Assembly: GCA_964359655.1 (NCBI GenBank)
Contig: CAYHVI010000001.1
Span: 3,164-67,163 of the forward strand
Direction: 5' to 3'
DNA: 64,000 bases
Origin: an uncultured Candidatus Saccharibacteria bacterium
GTDB lineage: Bacteria; Patescibacteriota; Minisyncoccia; Minisyncoccales; UBA10102
The notes beneath the pieces are model-generated. The model searched no databases. It was not told the DNA's origin and was given only the letters and a program-made list of their open reading frames with translations. A program made the position numbers and the translations under genes. Below are positions 27,575-35,989 of the stretch, piece after piece; the stretch's first letter is position 1, and the number at the start of each line of letters is the position of its first letter.

Positions 27575-28090
27575 ATTTTGCAGAAACGAATCTTCGTAAA
27601 CAATCAAATACGCGCTTCCCAAGTAATGCTTATCGACGAAACAGGAAAGCAACTGGGAATAGTGCCTCTCGCAGAGGCGCTCAAGCTTGCCCAAGATCGA
27701 GGTTTTGACCTAATCCAAGTGACCGAGCGGGTCGAACCTCCTGTATGCCGGCTTGGGGATTACGGAAAATACCTTTACCAGCAGGGGAAAAAGGCAAAAG
27801 AAGCAAAGAAACGGGAAGGAGGAGAACTAAAGGAAGTTCGACTCACCTTCACTATTTCAGACCACGATTTGGAAACAAGAATGAGACAAGCAGAAAAGTT
27901 TTTACAAAAAGGAAACCGTGTTCGTATTACTCTTCGGCTCCGAGGCCGACAAAATGCTTTGGAAAGATACGCAAGGGACAAAATCGAAAAGTTTATGGAA
28001 ATTCTCGGCACTCAAACTCCTGTGAAGAGAGAGCGAGAATTAAAAAGGGAACCGCGAGGATTATCGATCATAGTGGCGAAAGCAAGTTAG
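27575..28090 (+). CDS. infC: Translation initiation factor IF-3 (probable ATT start)
   Basis: NNQIRA, PPVCRLGDYGKYLY, LRLRGR; in-frame ATT 27575 and TTG 27578, no upstream ATG. Confidence 0.95.
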   Translation: MLQKRIFVNNQIRASQVMLIDETGKQLGIVPLAEALKLAQDRGFDLIQVTERVEPPVCRLGDYGKYLYQQGKKAKEAKKREGGELKEVRLTFTISDHDLETRMRQAEKFLQKGNRVRITLRLRGRQNALERYARDKIEKFMEILGTQTPVKRERELKREPRGLSIIVAKAS

Positions 28091-28108
28091 AGGAGCTCAA
28101 ACAATACT

Positions 28109-28303
28109 ATGGCAAAGCAAAAAACCAGAAAAGCGATTACCAAACGATTTCGCATAACTAAAACAGGGAAGATTTTGCGCAGACGAACTGGCCAAGATCA
28201 CTATCTTGCCAAACGGTCATCAAAAAAACGCAGAAGCTTGCGCCAATGGATTGCGCTTGCTCCTTCGGAAGCAAAAGCAATCAGGAGGCTCTTGAACCAA
28301 TAA
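28109..28303 (+). CDS. rpmI: 50S ribosomal protein L35
   Basis: KTRKAITKRFRITKTGK; infC-rpmI-rplT order. Confidence 0.95.
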   Translation: MAKQKTRKAITKRFRITKTGKILRRRTGQDHYLAKRSSKKRRSLRQWIALAPSEAKAIRRLLNQ

Positions 28304-28304
28304 T

Positions 28305-28658
28305 ATGTCCCGGGTAAAAGGAGGAGTCATTTCCCATAAACATAGAAGAAATGTCTTGGAAAAGACCAAGGGTTTTCGTTGGGGCAGAAAATCCAAGTTA
28401 AGAGCAGCAAAAGATGCTCTGCGCCACGCCTGGGAATATGCGTACCGTGATCGCAAAGCAAAAAAACGCTTATTCAGACAAGACTGGCAACGCACCATCA
28501 GCAGCGCCGCAGAATCTCAAAACATCAACTACAGCAAACTTATCAACGCGCTCAAAAGAAATAAAGTCGAGCTTGACCGAAAAGTTCTCGCCCAGCTTGC
28601 CAAAGAGCATCCTGAAGCATTCCAAAAAATCGTAGAAAAAGTAATCAAGGAAATTTAG
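28305..28658 (+). CDS. rplT: 50S ribosomal protein L20
   Basis: MSRVKGG, YAYRDRKAKKRLFR, LDRKVLA. Confidence 0.97.
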   Translation: MSRVKGGVISHKHRRNVLEKTKGFRWGRKSKLRAAKDALRHAWEYAYRDRKAKKRLFRQDWQRTISSAAESQNINYSKLINALKRNKVELDRKVLAQLAKEHPEAFQKIVEKVIKEI

Positions 28659-29098
28659 AGGATCCCTTCTTGAGAAAGGAGGTGATGTGCTTTTTTAAGT
28701 ATTTGTTTTGCATTTTTATACGTAAGTTTTTGTTGTGCTTCTGCAAACTCAAGCCACTGGAAACCTAAGTGCTCCGAAGAAATAACCACATTTTCTTGTC
28801 TCGTTTTTGCCAAGTAGAACACTACTGTTTTTGAAATTTTCTGTCCCCCAAATTGAAACCAATAGCGAATTTCTTCTCTAAATCCATCAAACAACTCAAT
28901 GTCTTTTAACCCTGTTTCTTCTTTAATTTCGCGGCGCACGGTGTCCTGTTCTTCTTCGCCTTTCTCGATGTGGCCCTTTGGCAAATCCCAATATTCTTTC
29001 TTAGCCTTTGCTGAAGAAGGATAATGTAAGAGCAAATATTGAGGATTTCCGTGTTCTATGCGAAATACGATAGCTCCAGCCGAATGTTCCTTTTTCAT
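28655..29098 (-). CDS. NUDIX hydrolase (Ap4A hydrolase-like)
   Basis: SAGAIVF, WDLPKGHIEKGE...REIKEETG, SSEH. Confidence 0.9.
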   Translation of the reverse strand: MKKEHSAGAIVFRIEHGNPQYLLLHYPSSAKAKKEYWDLPKGHIEKGEEEQDTVRREIKEETGLKDIELFDGFREEIRYWFQFGGQKISKTVVFYLAKTRQENVVISSEHLGFQWLEFAEAQQKLTYKNAKQILKKAHHLLSQEGIL

Positions 29099-29099
29099 A

Positions 29100-30824
29100 C
29101 TATGGAAGCATCGCAAGCATTTTCTCTGCAGAAAGAGTGTTAATAATATCTTTCTTTTCTGCCCAACCGCGCTTGGCTTGCGCAATACCGTACTTCAAAC
29201 ATCCAAAATGATCTTGAGCATGGGCGTCAGAATCAATAGTCATCTTGCACCCTGCCTCTACGGCCTTTTTAATATTGCTGTCTTTTAAATCTAAACGATC
29301 CGGAAACGCGTTAATCTCTAGAATTGTTCCTGTTTTCTTTACTTCCCTTATAATTTCGTCCATATCAACCTCATACGCCTCCCTCTTATGAATAAGACGG
29401 CCGGTTGGGTGGAACAAGATATCAACATTGGGATTTCGCATGGCTTTCACTATTCTTGCGGTCATATCTTTTTTCGTCATCTTAAAACTCGAGTGCACAG
29501 CAATTCCTACCACATCGAGCCTTGAAAGAACTTCGTCTGTAATATCGAGTGTCCCGTCTTTTCGAATATTCACTTCCGCTCCTTTCAGTATCTTAAATTT
29601 CGAATTTCGAAATTCGGATTTCGAATTTATTTTGTCGATCTCTCGCATCTGCGCCAGCAGTTTTTTCTCGTCCATGCCTCCAGTCATCGCAAGATCTCGT
29701 GTGTGATCAGTTATTGCAATATACTCCAATCCCTGTTTCTTTGCCTCTTTTGCCATAGCTTCTATCGAGTCTTTACCATCGGTCCAGTTTGTCTGCACTT
29801 GCAAGTCTCCTTTCAACGAATCATACGGAATAACGCTTGGAAGTTTTCCTTCAAGGGCACAATCTATTTCTCCTTGATCTTCCCGCAGCTCTGGCTCAAT
29901 ATATTCCATTCCTAATGCTTTGTACACATCTTGTTCGGTTTTGCAGGCAATGCGTTTTTCCCCCCGAAACAATCCATATTCTGAAAGCTTATATCCCTTA
30001 TTTGCAGCACGTGTTCGCAACCTCACATTGTGCTCTTTTGATCCTGTAAAATATTGAAGTCCTGCTCCAAACACCTCTTGCCGCAGAACGCGCATATCAA
30101 TGTCGAACCCTTCGGTAGTGCGCAAAGAAACCTTGGTTGATCCTTTCCCCCAAATTTTTTCATACGAAACCAAGGAAAGAAAATACTCGACTGCTTTTTC
30201 CGGCTTGCTCGTGGTAATCAAGATATCCACATCGCCGATCGTTTCTTTCATTCGCCTGATCGAGCCTGCTGCAACCGCCCGCGTAATCAATGGAGAATCC
30301 TCCAGCCGCGCAACCAAATCTTCTTGATAAGGATAGATGTTGCCGAGGAGCCATCTTCCCTTCGAGCGTTTTACAAAATCAATGCCCTGCAGAATATTTT
30401 GCTCTGTTTTTTCGCCAAAGTTGGGAAGCTTTCGCACCTTGCCTGCTTTGGCCGCTTTTTCCAAATCATCGAGGGTTTTGATTTTCAGATGCTTATACAA
30501 ATCGCGCACCATTTTAGGCCCTACTCCCTCAATAGAAGTAAGCTCTTGAATGTCAACCGGAAATTTCTTCCGGAGTTTTTCATGCTCTTGGATTTCTCCT
30601 GTTTTAATGTACTCTTCGGTTTTCTCTGCTATGCTCTTCCCAACTCCCGGAATCTGTTCTAATCCCCGCAACCCTTCTCTCTCGTATATTTTTTCTACGC
30701 CTTCTGACAGAGATTCTATGGCATTTGCTGCTCTGACATATGCCTGCGGCTTGAAAGGCACACTGTCGATCTCCAGATACAAAGCAATATTCGAAAAGAG
30801 AGAGGCTAATTTTTTATTGGTCAT
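29100..30824 (-). CDS. polX: DNA polymerase X with PHP domain
   Basis: AGSIRR, GDVDIL, YFTGSKEHN, ITDH, EINAFPDRLD, SDAH. Confidence 0.95.
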   Translation of the reverse strand: MTNKKLASLFSNIALYLEIDSVPFKPQAYVRAANAIESLSEGVEKIYEREGLRGLEQIPGVGKSIAEKTEEYIKTGEIQEHEKLRKKFPVDIQELTSIEGVGPKMVRDLYKHLKIKTLDDLEKAAKAGKVRKLPNFGEKTEQNILQGIDFVKRSKGRWLLGNIYPYQEDLVARLEDSPLITRAVAAGSIRRMKETIGDVDILITTSKPEKAVEYFLSLVSYEKIWGKGSTKVSLRTTEGFDIDMRVLRQEVFGAGLQYFTGSKEHNVRLRTRAANKGYKLSEYGLFRGEKRIACKTEQDVYKALGMEYIEPELREDQGEIDCALEGKLPSVIPYDSLKGDLQVQTNWTDGKDSIEAMAKEAKKQGLEYIAITDHTRDLAMTGGMDEKKLLAQMREIDKINSKSEFRNSKFKILKGAEVNIRKDGTLDITDEVLSRLDVVGIAVHSSFKMTKKDMTARIVKAMRNPNVDILFHPTGRLIHKREAYEVDMDEIIREVKKTGTILEINAFPDRLDLKDSNIKKAVEAGCKMTIDSDAHAQDHFGCLKYGIAQAKRGWAEKKDIINTLSAEKMLAMLP

Positions 30825-31792
30825 GGGAAACGGAACATTGTATGTTTTAAAAAACGTAAGCTGAAATGAAAAAGCAATACCAACCCAGCGACAGCAAACA
30901 AAACTTCAGCCGTACGCACAAGGAGTGCAAACGCAGCTCCCGTGCCAGCTCCAAAACCAAAAGCCCCAAAAGCAACTGCCTGCAAAGCTTCATGAAATCC
31001 GAGTGCTCCAGGGATTGGCACAAGAGCTGCAAGATAATAAAACCCCTGGATTGTAATTGCGGGAAGAATGACAAAGCCTTTTCCAAAGAAAAGAATTACA
31101 ATCCAAGCGCGCACAATTCCCACAAAACTCTTTCCCAAAGAAAAACAAATACCCTGCCACAAAAAAGGACTCCGCGACTGAAAGAACCGAAACACCTCTT
31201 GTTCTGTTTCTTGCGTGCTTTCGTTACCCTTCCAGAATAGTCTGATAATGCTCTTTTTTTGAAAAATGCGTATATACAGGAAGAAAAGAAGTAAAAACCA
31301 GATTCCAATAAATCCGATCACTCCAAGCGTTCTTAACGAATAAGAGATGTGCTCCCCCAGAAGGAAAAAGATAATTCCTCCTGCTACTACTACGAAAAGG
31401 TTAGAGGTTACCTCCAAGATGCGATCAATGGTGACCGAAGCTATTCCCCTGGGAAGGTCAATTGCATGATGTTCTTTTAAATAAGAGGCTCGAAAAATTT
31501 CGCTTGCAAAAGGAAACACAGGCACAAAAAATAAAAGAGAGAAGCCTGCGAGATATGTTTTCCACGTTGCGGAAAACGACACTCTGCAATGTTGCTTTTG
31601 CAAAATAAAGTACCATCGAAAAGCGCCGATCAAAAGAGAGACTCCCGTCAGAAAGAAAACGATAAGCGCTCCAAAAAACGGAAACGCAGAGAGCGGCTTC
31701 CAGATCTCTTGCCAACCAAGACCTGAAATCAAACCACCAAAAAGCAGAAATCCTACCAGCAACGTAGCCAAAAAGAGGAACAGTCGTTTCAT
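30821..31792 (-). CDS. Lysylphosphatidylglycerol synthase TM / flippase-like membrane protein (UPF0104)
   Basis: AFRW, SVTIDRIL, PIPGALGFHE; multi-TM. Confidence 0.85.
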   Translation of the reverse strand: MKRLFLFLATLLVGFLLFGGLISGLGWQEIWKPLSAFPFFGALIVFFLTGVSLLIGAFRWYFILQKQHCRVSFSATWKTYLAGFSLLFFVPVFPFASEIFRASYLKEHHAIDLPRGIASVTIDRILEVTSNLFVVVAGGIIFFLLGEHISYSLRTLGVIGFIGIWFLLLFFLYIRIFQKKSIIRLFWKGNESTQETEQEVFRFFQSRSPFLWQGICFSLGKSFVGIVRAWIVILFFGKGFVILPAITIQGFYYLAALVPIPGALGFHEALQAVAFGAFGFGAGTGAAFALLVRTAEVLFAVAGLVLLFHFSLRFLKHTMFRFP

Positions 31793-31951
31793 CCCGTACG
31801 AAATAGGAAACGCTTCAATCTTGACTTCATGTAGCGTTTACCTCTACCTGACTTAAGGTATTGCTCTCTCGACTTTGCGCCTTCTTCATTTTACCATCTT
31901 TCTTGCTCCTTAGGATATACGTGTAATACATATGAGGATTTCGTACGGGAT
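31791..31951. repeat. 161-bp segment bounded by perfect 14-bp inverted repeats
   Basis: ATCCCGTACGAAAT 31791-31804 and ATTTCGTACGGGAT 31938-31951. Confidence 0.8.
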
Positions 31952-31974
31952 CATAAAGAATCGTGTATTATACC

Positions 31975-32010
31975 AAAAGAAAAGGTCTCTGTCGCGAACG
32001 ACAGAGACCT
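31975..32010 (-). terminator. Intrinsic terminator
   Basis: 12-bp stem AGGTCTCTGTCG-TTCG-CGACAGAGACCT plus T tract. Confidence 0.85.
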
Positions 32011-32029
32011 TGATCTGGACGAGAGGATG

Positions 32030-32932
32030 TTACTCATCTTCCTCCAGTATTTTATGTGAGGGCATAGGATAGTTCGAGGCTATACCTATACCTCCCGTTG
32101 TGATGGCGAGGAATCCCACTGGCACGTCCCGCCGGAAAAGCGCGACGGCCTGTTCGCACGCCTGTTGAGGATGGGATTTCATCGCGATCCGCTGATACAC
32201 CTGATCACATCCTCGTAGGTCGATGATCGCCTCGCCGACTCCGGTGGCAACCACAGCACCCTCTGGTCCGATCTGGAACCCCGCTCCTCGAACGGGCACG
32301 TCTCCACCCCGTCCTCGCCGCATCATCCCACTTCCGCCGGTTGACGAAGCAAGCGCGAATACGCCTGCCCTGTCGAGCGCGACTGCACCAACAGTGTCGA
32401 CTGCAGAGAGGACACCAGCAGGATTATCACACTCAACAAGTCGCCGAAGCTCCTCTATTGTCCATCCAGGAGGAATCTCCTTTCTCGACACCATATCCTT
32501 TATCTCTTCTCTAAGTGCGCGCAACCTCTCCTGCACTTCTTTTGTAGGACCAGGATGAGGCTTCAGGCCTCTCTCCATTGCAAACTCGTAAGCACCCTGA
32601 CCTGAAATGCGTCTAAGGTCAGTACTCATGAGTTCTTTTGCAACAAGGACGGGATTTTGTACCCCACTCACGACCTCTACCGCCCTCATGATACCCTGTG
32701 AGGTAGCGATCACGGCCTCCATCTCAATTCTCCCATCAATCCGCTGGATGGAGCCGACGCCAGCGTTGTACAAACCAGAATCTTCCATCCATCGCACGGT
32801 TTCGATCGCTGCGTCCAACGCAGAGCCATCGGGAAGAATAATCTTCATCCCTCTTTGATTAGCGCGCCGGCAACCAACCTCCCTCTTAGGGGAGGTGCCG
32901 CCAGCGCCGCCATGTACAACTATCCCGTACAT
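32030..32932 (-). CDS. Isoaspartyl peptidase/L-asparaginase (Ntn hydrolase)
   Basis: VVHGGAG, YNAGVGS, DTVGAVALD autocleavage site, STGG, TGVGE. Confidence 0.92.
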   Translation of the reverse strand: MYGIVVHGGAGGTSPKREVGCRRANQRGMKIILPDGSALDAAIETVRWMEDSGLYNAGVGSIQRIDGRIEMEAVIATSQGIMRAVEVVSGVQNPVLVAKELMSTDLRRISGQGAYEFAMERGLKPHPGPTKEVQERLRALREEIKDMVSRKEIPPGWTIEELRRLVECDNPAGVLSAVDTVGAVALDRAGVFALASSTGGSGMMRRGRGGDVPVRGAGFQIGPEGAVVATGVGEAIIDLRGCDQVYQRIAMKSHPQQACEQAVALFRRDVPVGFLAITTGGIGIASNYPMPSHKILEEDE

Positions 32933-32974
32933 TGCGACACCTCCTTTCTTAAATGTCCCTTATAAAGAGCAACC

Positions 32975-34375
32975 CTATCTTACATTGTTTTTTGCCCTTG
33001 TCAATGAAGGCAATGTTTCTTTTGGAATTCCTTTCAGATAGGGGTCAAAAGGAGAGAAAATTTTGCGAAGCGAGAATTTCTTTAAAAACTCTTCTGCTTC
33101 TTGATGATTCCCAAGGGCGACATAGTATTCAACGATTGAGGTGAGTTGATTAAGCGCCATAAATGCGCGGTACGAATCCAAGGAAAAACCATCCACCTGC
33201 TTCCGCAGAGCTTTTCCCTTCACGAGAAAATCAATAATAAGCGCTCCTCCGAGTGCATAGGGATTTAAGTGAGGGCGTACAGGAATGGAAGTATAAAAAT
33301 ACAAGCTGTGGCAAATCGTCATAATGAGAATTGCCTCGAGTTCTCGTTCGGTTAACGCGTTTTTCAAAATGAGAGTGCCGCATCCCTTAACTCCAAGAAG
33401 ATCGGTAAAAAGTTCATCAAAGTACGGAGTCAGTTCTCGTAAACGCGCTTGCGCATCTTCGTAGCGCATTAAAGTGTGGCATGCCTCGTGCAAAACATTG
33501 GTTTGCAGAAAGGCGTGTTTTAACTCTTCTTCTGTGAATTTTCCTTTTATCTTTCTTGAAAAAATACGCTGAAAAATCGGGAAAAGCCAGTTGGAAAATC
33601 TCCAGTCAGTGGGTTGGTTAAACAGCGTAAAAAGAGTGCCGTATTTTTTAATTAAATAAAGATCTGCAGAAGAAGGAATATTATTCCCTACAAACAAAAA
33701 GTCAGCAATAAGTCCGGAAAAGACCAGGGTGTCTTCCACTCGGATTTTTACTTTGGCAATCTTTGCGCGTTTTGCTCCTGGAAGATAGTTCCGCTCACTC
33801 AAAAGAATCGTGTCCTTAAATCGACTCAATTCATCGGTCTGCAGCGGATCCAAAATTCCGATCCATGCCATATATGCGCGTTTGCGAAAAAAGAGTTTGT
33901 CAATATATCGATCAAAGGGCCCAATAACAAAACCGATTTTCGACTGTTCGGTATTCAACCAAAGGATATTGCTTTTATCGAATTTGTCTCGCAAAAGATC
34001 TTGCGCGCGTGTTACAAGATATGCCCTAAACTCTTTATCTTTACTTAGAGACGCAGCTTCCCTAAGTAATTTTGCAATCTGGACGAGCTCTTTTTTGAAC
34101 CGTTTGCTGTAGGGTACCGCAACCAACTTTCCAGCCTTATCTCTCTCTACGAATGTATAAGGACTTAAGATGCTGGGATTTTGTTTTGAAGCCCGTTCAA
34201 TTTCTTCTCGGGTAGCATCGTGCGGATAAAAATTCGCCCCTGGGTATCGAGGGTCTCTTTGTACCAAATAGAGAGTAGAGATTATTGTTGCAGCTTCAGA
34301 AAGCTTTTGGACAATTTTTTTTTCGGATGCAGAAAGATTCGGCTCTCCGTTCGAAAAGCGCAAAAATGCTTTCAT
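32975..34375 (-). CDS. Peptidase M49 (dipeptidyl-peptidase III)-like protein
   Basis: GANFYPHD, SPYT, LVAVPYS, IGPFDRYIDKLF, LHEACH, DELFTDL. Confidence 0.75.
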   Translation of the reverse strand: MKAFLRFSNGEPNLSASEKKIVQKLSEAATIISTLYLVQRDPRYPGANFYPHDATREEIERASKQNPSILSPYTFVERDKAGKLVAVPYSKRFKKELVQIAKLLREAASLSKDKEFRAYLVTRAQDLLRDKFDKSNILWLNTEQSKIGFVIGPFDRYIDKLFFRKRAYMAWIGILDPLQTDELSRFKDTILLSERNYLPGAKRAKIAKVKIRVEDTLVFSGLIADFLFVGNNIPSSADLYLIKKYGTLFTLFNQPTDWRFSNWLFPIFQRIFSRKIKGKFTEEELKHAFLQTNVLHEACHTLMRYEDAQARLRELTPYFDELFTDLLGVKGCGTLILKNALTERELEAILIMTICHSLYFYTSIPVRPHLNPYALGGALIIDFLVKGKALRKQVDGFSLDSYRAFMALNQLTSIVEYYVALGNHQEAEEFLKKFSLRKIFSPFDPYLKGIPKETLPSLTRAKNNVR

Positions 34376-34381
34376 AGAAAC

Positions 34382-34867
34382 TCAGGAATACTGATAAACA
34401 ATCTTCAGAATCTTACAATCGTGATTCACTAACTCGGTTTTCACCTTAACGATATCCCCCACTTCTGCTCCAAGCAATCCCGAACCGAGTGGACACTCAT
34501 TAGAAATTTTTTTCTGAACCGGCTCTGCTTCCAACGTTCCCACAATAGTAAACTCATCTACTTCTCCACCAAGATCCACAGTCACCGTTGCTCCAAGTCC
34601 TACTCGGTGCTGTTCTTTTCCACGCGGAGGTTTTTGAATAAGCTCTGCGTTTTGGAGAATGTTTTCGTGCTCTGCAATTCTGGAGTCGAGCAAACTCATG
34701 TCTTCCTGAAACGCTAAATATTCTGGGTTTGGCTCTTCTGAATGCAGCAAATTCGGCGTTTCACCCATTGTTTTCTGTCGTTTGAAATCTCGCAGTCTTT
34801 CGTACTCTGCTTTTACTTTTTTTAATCCTTCTTTGGTTACGTAGAATTTGTTGAGTGTTGTGGTCAT
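34382..34867 (-). CDS. GreA/GreB family elongation factor (atypical tip)
   Basis: VTKEGLKKVKAEY, NPEY, FTIVGTLEAEP, ISNECPLGSGLLG. Confidence 0.88.
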   Translation of the reverse strand: MTTTLNKFYVTKEGLKKVKAEYERLRDFKRQKTMGETPNLLHSEEPNPEYLAFQEDMSLLDSRIAEHENILQNAELIQKPPRGKEQHRVGLGATVTVDLGGEVDEFTIVGTLEAEPVQKKISNECPLGSGLLGAEVGDIVKVKTELVNHDCKILKIVYQYS

Positions 34868-34878
34868 CGTAATGTGAT

Positions 34879-34910
34879 TAAAAAATCTGGCTCTTTATTA
34901 TGCCAGATTT
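34879..34910 (-). terminator. Leader terminator upstream of the greA-like gene
   Basis: AAATCTGGC-10 nt-GCCAGATTT running into TTT. Confidence 0.65.
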
Positions 34911-34954
34911 ATTGATTCGTCTTTCGCAAACATTGCGTTGAGAAATCAATAAAT

Positions 34955-35029
34955 CTAGCCACCATCTCCAGAGATGACTTTTGCCAATGGATTATCAACA
35001 GTCTGGAATAACATCTCTGCGCTTTTCAT
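34955..35029 (-). CDS. Putative 24-aa leader peptide MKSAEMLFQTVDNPLAKVISGDGG
   Basis: Downstream of TTGACA-16-TACAAT; its stop codon overlaps an antiterminator arm. Confidence 0.5.
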   Translation of the reverse strand: MKSAEMLFQTVDNPLAKVISGDGG

Positions 35030-35124
35030 AAATGCACTATCTATTGTAGACGATCAAGAAGATTTGTCAATAGCATTTATTTTCTTAAGCTTTTTTATTT
35101 TTCTTCTTTAGATTCTAAAGATAC

Positions 35125-35985
35125 CTAGAGGATTTTTGGAGGAATAGTTTTGGGAGCAAGGGGCAAACCGCCGGTAATGATAAAGATTTTCCGCACTCCT
35201 TTTTCTGCCCGTATTTCTCGTTCAATAAACTCCTCGATCGCATGCCAGTTGTGCGCAAGAATTCCAATACCAAGATTATAGATTCCCGTCACTCGAACTA
35301 AATGATACACCTCTTGTCTCCGTTCACACTTTTCAATAAGCATATCGACCGTTGCGGCGTCTGCCTCCAAAAATATCTGCGCACACATCGTATAAAACTG
35401 GTCGGCCCGAAGTTGTGCTTCAATCGTAATGACTTTTTCCCGCAAAAGTTTGTCTACTCTATTCTTCACTGTTACCGCGCTCAAGTTGATATCTTTTCCC
35501 ATATTTGCAAAAGGTTCTCGCCCATTTTCTGCAAGCTGAGCAATAATTTTCAAATCGAGTACATTCATCTCATCGAAATGCCAGATGGATTCAGGAGAGT
35601 ATTTCCACACGAAAAAGTCAGCGAGGCCCACGCGGTCAATAAACGTGGCGAACTTCACATCTCTTATCTGGAGTTCTTTTTTGCGCAACCTCAAGCCTTC
35701 GGTTGATCGCTTGTATGCCTTTCCCGTAACAACATCTGTATCAACAATGAGTACTTTTCTGCCGCGCACTTTTTCTTCTTCCAATCCGCCCCCATCATCA
35801 TCCATGGTGGTAATTACCAGATTTTTCTTTTTCGGTAAAAACCATTGATACAAACCTTGAGCATAGAAAATTCCATCTGGACGCAGATAAACAATACAGG
35901 CATCGTCTTTGCCGAAATACTTTTCAATATCTTTCCCCAATGTATCGATAAATTTTTTGATGGGCTCGTATTCTAAAAGGTTCAT
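35125..35985 (-). CDS. Phosphoribosyltransferase-like domain fused to an Lrp/AsnC regulator
   Basis: N-term RGRKVLIVDTDVVTG...FATFIDR; C-term LDLKIIAQLAENGREP...TVKNRVDKL, TGIYNL. Confidence 0.75.
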   Translation of the reverse strand: MNLLEYEPIKKFIDTLGKDIEKYFGKDDACIVYLRPDGIFYAQGLYQWFLPKKKNLVITTMDDDGGGLEEEKVRGRKVLIVDTDVVTGKAYKRSTEGLRLRKKELQIRDVKFATFIDRVGLADFFVWKYSPESIWHFDEMNVLDLKIIAQLAENGREPFANMGKDINLSAVTVKNRVDKLLREKVITIEAQLRADQFYTMCAQIFLEADAATVDMLIEKCERRQEVYHLVRVTGIYNLGIGILAHNWHAIEEFIEREIRAEKGVRKIFIITGGLPLAPKTIPPKIL

Positions 35986-35989
35986 AGAA

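Noticed and set aside
27575-27580. Missing ATG in infC as a defect
   Set aside because: An ATT start is the established autoregulatory feature of infC
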